DNA of 38,525 nucleotides from Clostridia bacterium (lineage in GTDB: Bacteria > Bacillota > Clostridia > Oscillospirales > Acutalibacteraceae). Positions 11,391 through 20,281 of the stretch are shown here, in pieces. The stretch covers positions 1 through 38,525 of the forward strand of contig JAFYJR010000047.1 in assembly GCA_017538005.1 (NCBI GenBank), given 5' to 3'. Each line of letters begins with the position of its first letter. Positions within the stretch are counted from its first letter, which is position 1. Both the position numbers and the translations under genes were made by a program. The notes below the pieces were generated by a model that saw only the letters and a list, made by a program, of their open reading frames with translations, did not search any database and had not been told where the DNA came from.

Positions 11391-11521
11391 GTAAAACTGA
11401 AGATGACCATATGGTTTCGAGCAAAATAACCTAAGCTTTTGTATGGTTTTTTGCTAGGGTTTTGTCGGAAACGACAGGGCCTCCCGTTTTGGAAAGGAAT
11501 CATTCGATGACACGTATATTC
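11391..11521 (+). promoter_or_regulatory. Candidate Moco/Tuco (molybdenum/tungsten cofactor) riboswitch aptamer
   Basis: About 200-nt structured leader before a tungstate/molybdate transport plus Moco biosynthesis operon. Nested helices: AGCAAAA 11420-11426 / TTTTGCT 11449-11455, and AACC 11428-11431 / GGTT 11445-11448. GAAA-tetraloop hairpin TGTCG-GAAA-CGACA (11463-11476). This is followed by GGGCCUCCC (11477-11485), then GUUUU, then GGAAAGG (11491-11497). From memory that resembles the conserved core of the Moco RNA motif (Rfam RF01055). Not verified with a covariance model. Confidence 0.5.
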
Positions 11522-11558
11522 GGTGAATCCATATCCATATGGGTTCACCTTTTGTTTT
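11522..11558 (+). terminator. Leader terminator (putative riboswitch expression platform)
   Basis: GGTGAATCCATAT (11522-11534) pairs with ATATGGGTTCACC (11537-11549) with one G-U, followed by TTTTGTTTTG. CCATATGG (11535-11542) in its 3' arm is identical to, and self-complementary with, CCATATGG at 11407-11414, a possible antiterminator pairing. Confidence 0.7.
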
Positions 11559-11591
11559 GCAAAAACTTTTAGCTAAAAGGAGATGTTCACT

Positions 11592-12623
11592 ATGAACACA
11601 AGAAAGCTTGTTGCCATTCTCATGGCACTCGTAATGGTTCTCGGTCTTGCGGCCTGCGCAAAGGCTCCCGAAGCTCCGGCAGCGGACGACACAGGCAAGG
11701 ACGAGACTCCGGCCGTTACACTTAGTCTTGACATCCTCAAGGAAGAGGATGACGCCATGATTAACAACTATACCGTTATAGCTGTTAATGACAAGGCAGA
11801 CTGGAAAGACGCTGACGGAAACGCAGTTGCTGATGTTAAGATCAACACAGCAGGCGCTGACGCTTTCATCAACTGGCTTCTTTCTGAAGGTCTTGACCTC
11901 TGTGCCGCTTACGGCAAGGACACTTATGGTGTGCCTCTTTTCACACTTAAGGATGATGCTCCGAAGTCAACAGCGACTATAGAGAAGGCTACTGATGAGA
12001 CAAAGACAATCCGTCTTTCAACAACAACATCCGTAAACGACTCAGGTCTCCTCGGTTCAATCCTTCCCGTATTCGAAGAGAAGTACGGCTACAAGGTAGA
12101 GGTATTCTCAGCCGGTACAGGTAAGGCCATCGCCAATGCCCAGATGGGTAACGCTGATGTTATCCTTGTTCACGCAAAGGCTTCTGAGGAAGATTTTGTT
12201 GCTGCAGGTTATGCAAGAGTAGTTGACGGTTTCTCAGCTGAGAGACTTACATTTATGTACAACTATTTCGTACTTGTAGGTCCGAAGGATGACCCGATCG
12301 GTGTTAAGGAAGCAGCTGACGTTAAGACAGCTTTCGCTCTTATCGCTGAAAAGGGCGCTGCAGGCGAAGCCAAATTCGTATCCCGTGGCGATGAGTCCGG
12401 AACACACAAGGCTGAAATCAAGCTCTGGCCGGAAGATCTCGGTATCACAACTGATGCTGAGTCCTTCAAGGATTACACAGACTGGTACATTTCAGCTAAC
12501 GCAGGCATGGGCGCCTGCATCAAGATGGCTGACGAGATGGGCGCTTACATCCTCACAGATAAGGCTACATATCTCACAGCTGCAGGCAACTATGAGCAGT
12601 TCCTTGCTGATCTTGCCGCGTAA
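11592..12623 (+). CDS. tupA: Tungstate/molybdate ABC transporter substrate-binding lipoprotein, TupA-like, apparently circularly permuted
   Basis: Lipobox LGLAAC. TupA-type anion-binding signature RLSTTTSVNDSGLL...SAGTGKAI...ADVILVHA...FVSRGDESGTHK...YILTDKATYL. ATG 11592 is preferred over 11583, which abuts the SD AAAGGAG. The N-terminal 80 aa resemble the normal C-terminal segment of TupA (see findings). Confidence 0.75.
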   Translation: MNTRKLVAILMALVMVLGLAACAKAPEAPAADDTGKDETPAVTLSLDILKEEDDAMINNYTVIAVNDKADWKDADGNAVADVKINTAGADAFINWLLSEGLDLCAAYGKDTYGVPLFTLKDDAPKSTATIEKATDETKTIRLSTTTSVNDSGLLGSILPVFEEKYGYKVEVFSAGTGKAIANAQMGNADVILVHAKASEEDFVAAGYARVVDGFSAERLTFMYNYFVLVGPKDDPIGVKEAADVKTAFALIAEKGAAGEAKFVSRGDESGTHKAEIKLWPEDLGITTDAESFKDYTDWYISANAGMGACIKMADEMGAYILTDKATYLTAAGNYEQFLADLAA

Positions 12624-12631
12624 GGTAATTA

Positions 12632-13324
12632 ATGCAAAACATTTTTGTAAAAGCCATTGAGCTTATCGCGTCGCATGACCCTGAGCTCATAAGTATAGTT
12701 AAGATTACACTTAGAATGTGCTTTTCAAGCTCCCTTGTGGCACTCCTTTTAGGAGTGCCCTTTGGGGCTTTTTTGGCTTTAACCCGATTTCCCGGAAGAA
12801 GAGCGATAATAGTTTTAAACAGAACTTTGATGAGCATGCCGCCGGTTGTATGCGGTCTCATCTGCTATATCATGTTCTCGGGTGTGGGATCTCTTCGCGC
12901 GCTTGAACTTCTCTATACCGTAACCGGTATGGTAATAGCGCAGGTAATACTCATAACACCCATAGTCGCCGCAAACACGGAGACGTTTTTGTCCGGAATA
13001 GTTCCCGAACTTCGTGAGACCACAAAAGGTATGGGCCTCGGTTTTGGCAAGACGCTCGGCCTCACGATACTTGAAAGTAAATATCAGATAGTTTCGACCT
13101 ACCTTGTGGGATTTGCACGCTCGATAGCTGAGGTAGGTGCCGTATCAATGGTAGGTGGTGCCATTGTATACAAGACAAATGTCATGACCACCGCGATAAT
13201 GAACTATACAAGCAGAGGAAACTTCTCGAAGGCTATGGCCATAGGTATTATACTTATGACTCTCTCTCTGATTGTAAATATCATTGTTCATCTGATGTCC
13301 GAGAGGGTGGTGGATGACCGATGA
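12632..13324 (+). CDS. tupB: Tungstate/molybdate ABC transporter permease, TupB-like
   Basis: 230 aa with about 5 hydrophobic helices. MetI-type permease region (ETTKGMGLGFGKTLGLTILESKYQI). Lies directly between the binding protein and the ATPase. Confidence 0.75.
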   Translation: MQNIFVKAIELIASHDPELISIVKITLRMCFSSSLVALLLGVPFGAFLALTRFPGRRAIIVLNRTLMSMPPVVCGLICYIMFSGVGSLRALELLYTVTGMVIAQVILITPIVAANTETFLSGIVPELRETTKGMGLGFGKTLGLTILESKYQIVSTYLVGFARSIAEVGAVSMVGGAIVYKTNVMTTAIMNYTSRGNFSKAMAIGIILMTLSLIVNIIVHLMSERVVDDR

Positions 13325-13992
13325 AGATAACAAACATGAAAAAAACGTACGGCACAAAAGTCGCACTTGATATAGATGAACTCGAATTTGAAGACGGCAA
13401 GATTTACGCCATAGTCGGCGCGAACGGCAGCGGCAAGTCGACGCTTATACGCGCCATGGCGGGCACGATAAAAACGGACGACGGCAGGAAGGCTGATTTC
13501 GGCGGCAAAACACATTGTTATATGCCGCAGAAAAATCACGCCTTTAAGATGTCGACCGAAAAGAATGTACTGCTTGGCGCAAAGGGGGAAGACGCGAAAG
13601 GAAAAGCGAGCGCCCTGATGAAAGAGCTGAAGATAGATTCGCTGGCAAAGGCCAAGGCGCACAGGCTCTCCGGAGGAGAGACTGCCAAGATGGCTCTTTG
13701 CCGCACAATGCTCAGCGGAGCGCAGGTGCTGCTCCTGGATGAGCCTACAGCTGCAATGGACGTTGAGTCCACTTTGCTTGCAGAGGATATTATAAGAAGA
13801 TATAATAAAGACAACGGGGCGACAATAATCCTCATAACTCACTCGCTCAGCCAGGCAAAGCGCCTCGCGGATGAAATCATTTTCATGAAGGACGGTAAAA
13901 TCCTTGAAAAAGGCGAGACCGGTAAAATCCTGAGTAACCCCGAAAAAGCCGAGACAAAAGAATTCCTCGAATTTTTCAGTTCGGAGATATAG
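13321..13992 (+). CDS. tupC: ABC transporter ATP-binding protein, TupC-like (no C-terminal TOBE/Mop domain)
   Basis: Walker A GANGSGKST, signature LSGGETAKM, Walker B LLLDEPTAAMD, H-loop ITHS. 223 aa. ATGA overlap with tupB. Confidence 0.8.
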   Translation: MKITNMKKTYGTKVALDIDELEFEDGKIYAIVGANGSGKSTLIRAMAGTIKTDDGRKADFGGKTHCYMPQKNHAFKMSTEKNVLLGAKGEDAKGKASALMKELKIDSLAKAKAHRLSGGETAKMALCRTMLSGAQVLLLDEPTAAMDVESTLLAEDIIRRYNKDNGATIILITHSLSQAKRLADEIIFMKDGKILEKGETGKILSNPEKAETKEFLEFFSSEI

Positions 13993-14002
13993 CGGTTAAT
14001 GT

Positions 14003-14863
14003 ATGGAAAACAGAGAAATAGAATACTTTGACAACCTTTGGAATGAGTCCCATCCGAAAGACGGGATGAAACATACCAGGGAGACCTGGGACAGGCTTGC
14101 CGAAGGGTGGAATGATGACCCGGCAGAGGTCAGAAAGCAAAAGGATAAACAGTGTGACGATGTAACAGAGTTCTTTGTCGAAAGAGGAATTTTGACGAAG
14201 GACTCTGAAGTTGTCGATATAGGTTGCGGAGCGGGCACATATGCCGTCCGTTTTGCGCAAAAAGCGAAGTCGGTGACCTGTACCGACATATCCCCGAAAA
14301 TGCTTGATATCTGTAAAAAGACTGCTGATGAAGCAGGTATAAGCAATGTAAAATGCATCGAATGTGATTTTCTTGAATATGACGCTTCGGCCTGGGCAGA
14401 CAGATTTGATCTGGTGTTTACATCGCTCACACCTGCCATGAGCGGGGCGAAATCCGTTGAGAAAGTAAACGGGATCAGCAGGGGCTGGTGTTTCAACAAC
14501 AGTTTTGTCTACAGAAAAGACAACATCCGCAACGCGGTAATGAAGGATGTTTTCGGCAAAGAACCCACAAACAAGTGGGGCAACAGTTCGGTTTACTGTC
14601 TTTTCAACATACTCTGGCACATGGGCTTTTTGCCGGAACTTAAGTACTACAAGGAAATCATCGAATATGATTATGACCTCACTTACGATTTTGCGAAGGC
14701 TGTCGTTGTGAATATAATCAGGGACCGCGCGCCGACTGATGAAGAGGTAAAAAGAACTCTTGATTACCTCGAAAGGAATATGTCGGCGGACGGTAAAATT
14801 AAAAAAATAACCGAGTCACTTTACGGCTGGACATTTTGGAATGTTAAGGAGGGCAGAGCGTGA
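14003..14863 (+). CDS. Class I SAM-dependent methyltransferase, unknown substrate
   Basis: Motif I VVDIGCGAGTYAVRFA, acidic residue after beta-2 (CTDISPKM), motif post-I/II (ECDFLEY...FDLVFTS). 286 aa with a roughly 130-aa C-terminal extension. Its stop overlaps the moaA GTG start (GTGA). Confidence 0.8.
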   Translation: MENREIEYFDNLWNESHPKDGMKHTRETWDRLAEGWNDDPAEVRKQKDKQCDDVTEFFVERGILTKDSEVVDIGCGAGTYAVRFAQKAKSVTCTDISPKMLDICKKTADEAGISNVKCIECDFLEYDASAWADRFDLVFTSLTPAMSGAKSVEKVNGISRGWCFNNSFVYRKDNIRNAVMKDVFGKEPTNKWGNSSVYCLFNILWHMGFLPELKYYKEIIEYDYDLTYDFAKAVVVNIIRDRAPTDEEVKRTLDYLERNMSADGKIKKITESLYGWTFWNVKEGRA

Positions 14864-15840
14864 AGGACAGCTTCGGACGAAACATAGACTATCTTCGAAT
14901 ATCTGTCACAGACCGCTGTAATCTGCGCTGTGTCTACTGTATGCCGGAGGAGGGTGTCGAGCCCATCTCCCACGGCGATGTATTGTCATACGAAGAAACG
15001 ATAAGACTTGCGAGAATTTTCGCAAGTCTCGGCATAAAGGATATCAGGCTCACCGGAGGCGAGCCGCTTGTAAGAAAGGGTATTGAGAGCCTCATTGCCG
15101 ATATAAAAAAGATGCCCGGCATCGAGACCGTCAGCATAACCACGAACGGCATCCTCATACCGGAGAAGTTTGAGATGCTCAAAGCCGCGGGACTTGATGC
15201 CGTAAACATAAGCCTGGATACACTGAACAAAGAAAAGTTTGTAAAGATTACGAGACGGGAAGGTTTTGAGAAAGTAATCGAAGCCATAAAACTCTGTGAG
15301 GATCAGGGTATAAAAACCAAGGTTAACTGCGTCGCGATGAGAGGTGTAAATGACGACGAGTTTGCGTCAATTGCAAGTCTTGCGCTTGATCATAATATCT
15401 GCGTCAGGTTTATAGAATATATGCCCGTCGGCAAAAATGATTTCACGAAATGCGTTCCCACGGAAGAGATAAAAGAAAAGATTGAAGCAGTATACGGACC
15501 GCTTGAGAAGATAAATTCAGAAGGCTTCGGTCATGGTCCTGCGGTATACTATAAAGCGGAGGATTTCGTCGGAGCTATAGGCTTCATTTCTGCAATGACC
15601 TGCGCATTCTGTGAGTCCTGCAACCGTGTCCGACTTACGGCAGAGGGCTTTTTGAAGCTCTGCCTCCAGTATGACACGGGTGCTGATCTGCGCGGACCTT
15701 TAAGGGCAGGCGCGACAGATGAGGAAATAGCGAAAATCATTGAGGCGGCCGTCGCGCAAAAACCGAAGCAGCATACTTTCAACGATTACTTCGGCGCGGA
15801 CGACATTGATGACCGCGGTATGTCAAAGATAGGTGGATAG
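14860..15840 (+). CDS. moaA: GTP 3',8-cyclase MoaA (radical SAM)
   Basis: GTG start. YLRISVTDRCNLRCVYCMP radical-SAM CxxxCxxC cluster. C-terminal CAFCESCNRVRLTAEG auxiliary cluster. Ends in GG. Confidence 0.92.
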   Translation: MKDSFGRNIDYLRISVTDRCNLRCVYCMPEEGVEPISHGDVLSYEETIRLARIFASLGIKDIRLTGGEPLVRKGIESLIADIKKMPGIETVSITTNGILIPEKFEMLKAAGLDAVNISLDTLNKEKFVKITRREGFEKVIEAIKLCEDQGIKTKVNCVAMRGVNDDEFASIASLALDHNICVRFIEYMPVGKNDFTKCVPTEEIKEKIEAVYGPLEKINSEGFGHGPAVYYKAEDFVGAIGFISAMTCAFCESCNRVRLTAEGFLKLCLQYDTGADLRGPLRAGATDEEIAKIIEAAVAQKPKQHTFNDYFGADDIDDRGMSKIGG

Positions 15841-15841
15841 T

Positions 15842-16216
15842 ATGGTAGATTTAAATCAGTGGCTTCTTGAAGCCAAGGCCGACCCTTCAGCTGCGAAGTG
15901 CGGCATGTACCTGACACACAGCGGTGTTGTCAGGGAAACTGCAAAGGCGCAGGTGAGACAGGGTGTGGAGTCCGCGCCGGTAACGGGTATGTTCTTCTCC
16001 TATGACAAGGAGAAAGTCGATGCGGCGATAGAAGAGGCGTATACATTGCCCGGAATTTATTATATTCGTGTCTGGCTGGCAGAAGGTGAACTGTCTGTCG
16101 GCGATGACATTATGTATGTTCTGATAGGCGGCGATATCCGCCCGCATGTTATAGACGGCCTGCAGTTCCTGGTCGGTAAGATTAAGAGCGAATGTGTTAA
16201 GGAGATTGAAAGATGA
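15842..16216 (+). CDS. moaE: MoaE-like protein (molybdopterin synthase large subunit family), short form
   Basis: 124 aa. Aligns by eye with E. coli MoaE: THSGVVRE (GxVR), EGELSVGDDIMYVLIGGDIRPHV (IGEL.PGDEIV.V.V..HR), FLVGKIKSECVKEIE (DYLK....WKKE). ATG 15842 follows AGGTGGA. An alternative GTG lies at 15833. Confidence 0.6.
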   Translation: MVDLNQWLLEAKADPSAAKCGMYLTHSGVVRETAKAQVRQGVESAPVTGMFFSYDKEKVDAAIEEAYTLPGIYYIRVWLAEGELSVGDDIMYVLIGGDIRPHVIDGLQFLVGKIKSECVKEIER

Positions 16217-16719
16217 GTGAGCAGAAGATAATAAAGGCGGCAGTTTTGACTATGTCCGACAAGGGCTCAAAGGGTGAGCGCGAGGACCTGTCAGGTCCCG
16301 CGATAAAAGATTTCGTTGAGCCCTACGGCTATGAAGTAGTTGACTATAAAGTCATTCCTGATGACTTTGATGTGATAAGAAAAGAGATAAAGAGGATTGC
16401 CGATGAGGATGTGGCAAACGTCATATTCACGACGGGCGGCACGGGTTTCTCACAGCGCGATGTGACGCCCGAGGCCACAAAGTCCGTTTGCCACAGAGAT
16501 GTTCCGGGAATACCGGAGGCAATGCGCGCGGCATCAATGCAGATTACTAACAAAGCTATGCTTTCAAGAGCATACGCCGGCATAAGGAAGAACACTCTGG
16601 TAATAAATATGCCGGGTTCTCCCAAGGCGGTTGTTGAGAGCCTTGAAGTAATTATCGAGCCGCTTCGTCACGGCATTGAAATACTTATCGGTGACGCATC
16701 CGAATGCGCAAGGAAGTAA
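16213..16719 (+). CDS. moaB: MogA/MoaB-family molybdopterin adenylyltransferase
   Basis: 168 aa. AAVLTMSDKGSKGEREDLSGP...VIFTTGGTGFSQRDVTPEAT...GIRKNTLVINMPGSPKA, typical MoCF_biosynth domain. ATGA overlap with the upstream gene. Confidence 0.88.
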   Translation: MSEQKIIKAAVLTMSDKGSKGEREDLSGPAIKDFVEPYGYEVVDYKVIPDDFDVIRKEIKRIADEDVANVIFTTGGTGFSQRDVTPEATKSVCHRDVPGIPEAMRAASMQITNKAMLSRAYAGIRKNTLVINMPGSPKAVVESLEVIIEPLRHGIEILIGDASECARK

Positions 16720-16722
16720 AGT

Positions 16723-17940
16723 ATGTTAACTGTTAAAACTTCGAGTGAAGCTGAAAAGATAATAGCCGACACCTTCGGTGAAATCAGAACCGGAACTGAA
16801 GAAGTAACGCTTGCCTCTTCGGTCGGAAGAATTCTGGCTGTCGATATAGTTGCGACTGAAGATGTGCCGGGCTTTAACCGCTCAACCGTTGACGGCTATG
16901 CGGTGAAGGCCGCGGATACATTCGGCTGCTCTGATTCCATACCTGCAATACTTGATTTTGTCGGTGAAGTTTTAATGGGCGAGAGCCCGAAGTTTGAGAT
17001 TGGAAAGGACCAGTGCGCGTATGTGCCCACGGGCGGCGAGCTGCCGCAGGGCGCGGATGCCATGGTCATGCTTGAGTTTTCCGAGGACTACGGGGACGGC
17101 ACACGCGCCCTGTTAAAACCTTCTGCGCCGGGACAGCATGTCACTTTTGTGGGTGATGACGTAAAACGCGGCGCGGAGGTTTTAAAGGCAGGAACCTGCC
17201 TGGCGGCTCGCCATATCGGCGCCCTGGCCGCAATGGGATACTCTTCCGTTTCGGTGTACAAAAAACTGAAGGTTGCGGTTATCTCCACGGGCGACGAACT
17301 TGTTGATGTAACGGAAAGCCCTGTCGGCGCACAGGTAAGAGATATAAACAGTTATGAGATTTGTGCCGCCTTGGAAAAATTGGGTTGTGATTGCACAAGT
17401 TTCGGTATAGTTAAAGATGAGTTGCCGCTTTTAGAGAGTAAGGTAAAGGAAGCGGTGGACAATTTTGACATGCTTATCGTTTCCGGTGGCAGCTCAGTGG
17501 GTGTCAAGGATGCGACATTCAAAGTATATGACAAGCTCGGAGAGGTATTGTTTCATGGCATAGCGATAAAACCGGGTAAGCCTACAATCTGCGCAAGCAT
17601 AGAAGGCAAGCCGTGCTTCGGTTTGCCGGGACATCCTCTGGCCGCGTTTTATATTTTCAATCTCTTTGTAAAACCGCTTATACTGACAATGAGCGGAGCA
17701 TCAAAAGAGATGGTTCTGAAGAAGAGACTTCCTGTTACCCTCTCGATTCCGAGCAACCACGGAAGAGAGGAGTGCGTCGGGGTAAGGATAATTGATCGTG
17801 ACGGCAGGGAATATGCCGAGCCGGTTTACACCAAATCCGGACTTATAAGCACTCTGTCCGCTATCGACGGATTTGTCAGAATCGGCAGGGATGTGGAAGG
17901 AATCGGCGGCGGAGAAGAAGTTGAGGTGGAACTGTTTTGA
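16723..17940 (+). CDS. moeA: Molybdopterin molybdenum/tungsten transferase MoeA
   Basis: 405 aa. PGFNRSTVDGYAV, VAVISTGDELV, ISGGSSVG..D and [10 protein letters not shown] motifs of MoeA/gephyrin E. Confidence 0.9.
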   Translation: MLTVKTSSEAEKIIADTFGEIRTGTEEVTLASSVGRILAVDIVATEDVPGFNRSTVDGYAVKAADTFGCSDSIPAILDFVGEVLMGESPKFEIGKDQCAYVPTGGELPQGADAMVMLEFSEDYGDGTRALLKPSAPGQHVTFVGDDVKRGAEVLKAGTCLAARHIGALAAMGYSSVSVYKKLKVAVISTGDELVDVTESPVGAQVRDINSYEICAALEKLGCDCTSFGIVKDELPLLESKVKEAVDNFDMLIVSGGSSVGVKDATFKVYDKLGEVLFHGIAIKPGKPTICASIEGKPCFGLPGHPLAAFYIFNLFVKPLILTMSGASKEMVLKKRLPVTLSIPSNHGREECVGVRIIDRDGREYAEPVYTKSGLISTLSAIDGFVRIGRDVEGIGGGEEVEVELF

Positions 17941-19823
17941 AATATGAGTATCTGACAAACGAGGATCTGGCGGTTGCCGTTGAATCCTATATTGCTGTCT
18001 TAAAAAGCGGGGGCCTCGCTCCGAAAACAGAGACTGTTCCCGTCGCTGAGGCGGCAGGACGGATAACCGCGCACGCGGTTTATGCGCATATTTGCGCGCC
18101 TCATTACAATGCCTCCGCTATGGACGGCATTGCCCTTATGGCTTCGGTTACGTTCGGCGCGACGGAGACAACACCGGTACGCCTTACGGAGGATCAGTTC
18201 ATCCAGGTTGATACGGGCGACCCCATGCCCGAGATCACTGATGCCGTTGTAATGATCGAAGATGTCATACGTGACGGTGATGATGTTTTACTCTATACCG
18301 CGGCAGTACCTTGGCAGCATGTACGCCAGATAGGTGAGGATGTATGCGCGGGAGATATGATACTTCCGTCATACACGGAGATCACTCCGGCGGCACTCGG
18401 CGCCATGCTTGCGGGCGGTGTCCTTGAGGTTGATGTGGTAAAGGCGCCGGTCGTCGGTATAATACCGACGGGCGATGAAATCGTGCCGCCGTGCACCGAT
18501 CCCGCTCCCGGAGATATCATTGAGTTTAACTCAACAATATTCTCGGGTATACTTCAAAGCTGGGGAGCCGTTCCCAGGGTATATCCCATAGTCAAAGATA
18601 TAAAGGAAGATATCATCTCGGCGATGGAAAAAGCCGTTGCCGAGTGCGATGCCGTGCTTATAAACGCGGGCTCATCCGCAGGCAGAGACGACTACTCGTC
18701 TCTCGCCGTTTCGACGGTCGGCCGCGTCCTCTATCACGGCATCGCCATAAAACCCGGCAAGCCCGCCATATTGGGCTATGCTGACGCAAAACCCATCCTG
18801 GGCGTGCCGGGATATCCTGTCTCGGGTATCATAGTTCTTGATCAGATTTTCAGACCGGTCGTTGAAATAATGACCGGCAGAAATCTGCACAGGCAGACAG
18901 TTATAAAAGCATCTCTCGGCAGAGTGATGCTTTCGCCCCTGAAGTACAGGGAGTTTGTCAGGGCAAGAGTAGGCCTTGATGAAAACGGAAACTATATCGC
19001 CACACCTTTGAACAGGGGCGCGGGTGTTGTAACATCATTTGTCAAGGCAGACGGCATTATAGATATCCCTCAGGACTGCGAGGGCTATGAGGCGGGGGAT
19101 ACTGTCGATGTAACTCTCCTTCGCCCTAAGGCGGATATTGACAATACGCTGACCATAATCGGCAGTCACGACCCGCTTATTGATGAAGTCATCGATGTGC
19201 TGAAAATCGAAAACATCGATTCGGTTGTTTCTTCTTCACACGTCGGTTCCATGGGCGCGATAATGGCGATAAAGCGTGGGGAGGCCCAGATGGGCGCCAT
19301 CCACCTGCTTGATGAGGAGACCGGCGGATACAATGACTCCTACATTGCCAAGTACTTCCCAAACGGCGGTGTAAAGCTTGAAAAAGGTGTAAAGCGCGTT
19401 CAGGGAATAATGGTAGCGAAAGGAAATCCGAAGAACATCCGATCCTTTGCCGATCTGAAAAAAGAGGGCATCTCTTATGTCAATCGTCAGAAGGGAGCGG
19501 GCACCAGAATACTCTGCGACTTTCTTCTGAAGCAGAACGGTATGTCGCCGTCGGATCTCTACGGCTATGAGCGTGAGGAATTCACTCACACTTCCGTTGC
19601 CGCGCAGATTGCTTCCGGCACCGCTGACGCGGGCCTGGGCATTTACTCGGCCGCAAAAACATATGACCTTGATTTCATACCGGTGTGCAACGAGGAGTAT
19701 GACTTCCTTATAGACGAAAAGGCATTTTCTGATGAGAAGGTACAGAAGTTCCTGTCTGTACTTCACAGCGATGAGATAAAAGAGAGACTGAAGAGAATGG
19801 GAGGATATGAGACATGGGATTGA
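17937..19823 (+). CDS. Second MoeA paralogue fused to a C-terminal periplasmic-binding-protein-like (oxyanion-binding type) domain
   Basis: 628 aa. TTG start overlaps the moeA stop. The N-terminal 400 aa carry MoeA motifs ([42 protein letters not shown]). Residues from about 405 on (nt 19149-19823) look like the PBP-type domain found fused to MoeA and to molybdate/tungstate-responsive regulators (TIIGSHDP...[11 protein letters not shown]...[10 protein letters not shown]). Confidence 0.8.
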   Translation: MKYEYLTNEDLAVAVESYIAVLKSGGLAPKTETVPVAEAAGRITAHAVYAHICAPHYNASAMDGIALMASVTFGATETTPVRLTEDQFIQVDTGDPMPEITDAVVMIEDVIRDGDDVLLYTAAVPWQHVRQIGEDVCAGDMILPSYTEITPAALGAMLAGGVLEVDVVKAPVVGIIPTGDEIVPPCTDPAPGDIIEFNSTIFSGILQSWGAVPRVYPIVKDIKEDIISAMEKAVAECDAVLINAGSSAGRDDYSSLAVSTVGRVLYHGIAIKPGKPAILGYADAKPILGVPGYPVSGIIVLDQIFRPVVEIMTGRNLHRQTVIKASLGRVMLSPLKYREFVRARVGLDENGNYIATPLNRGAGVVTSFVKADGIIDIPQDCEGYEAGDTVDVTLLRPKADIDNTLTIIGSHDPLIDEVIDVLKIENIDSVVSSSHVGSMGAIMAIKRGEAQMGAIHLLDEETGGYNDSYIAKYFPNGGVKLEKGVKRVQGIMVAKGNPKNIRSFADLKKEGISYVNRQKGAGTRILCDFLLKQNGMSPSDLYGYEREEFTHTSVAAQIASGTADAGLGIYSAAKTYDLDFIPVCNEEYDFLIDEKAFSDEKVQKFLSVLHSDEIKERLKRMGGYETWD

Positions 19824-20281
19824 CGCATATTGATGAAAACGGCGCTGCGCGCATGGTTGATGTCGGCGACAAGGAATACACTCACAGAACGGCCAAAGCC
19901 CAGGCGGTCGTCACCATGAAGGCCGAGACGCTTGAGCTTATCAAAGAGGGTAATATCAAGAAGGGCGATGTATTCTCATGCGCCCGTATAGCCGGAATTA
20001 TGGCGGCAAAGAAGACTTTTGAAATAATCCCCATGTGTCATCCGCTGCCTCTTGAAAAGATTGCCGTGGATATTGAGGCAATAAATGATACACAGGTAAA
20101 AATAATCTCCACCGTGTCCTGTACGTACAAGACAGGGGTGGAGATGGAAGCTCTGACTGCGGCAAATGTGGCTGCTCTCACAATCTACGATATGTGTAAA
20201 GCGGTTGACCGCGGTATGGAAATTTCCGACTGTTTCCTTCTCTACAAAGACGGAGGAAAGTCAGGAGTTTTTGAAAGATAA
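19814..20281 (+). CDS. moaC: Cyclic pyranopterin monophosphate synthase MoaC
   Basis: 155 aa, [63 protein letters not shown]. 10-nt overlap with the upstream gene. Confidence 0.93.
   Translation: MGLTHIDENGAARMVDVGDKEYTHRTAKAQAVVTMKAETLELIKEGNIKKGDVFSCARIAGIMAAKKTFEIIPMCHPLPLEKIAVDIEAINDTQVKIISTVSCTYKTGVEMEALTAANVAALTIYDMCKAVDRGMEISDCFLLYKDGGKSGVFER

Noticed and set aside
13288-14620. Long minus-strand ORFs (13288-13842, 13976-14620, 13996-14499) opposite tupC and the methyltransferase.
   Set aside because: The plus-strand frames carry unambiguous Walker A/B and SAM-binding motifs and operon-style overlaps. The antisense translations are Cys/Arg/Phe-rich with no motifs.
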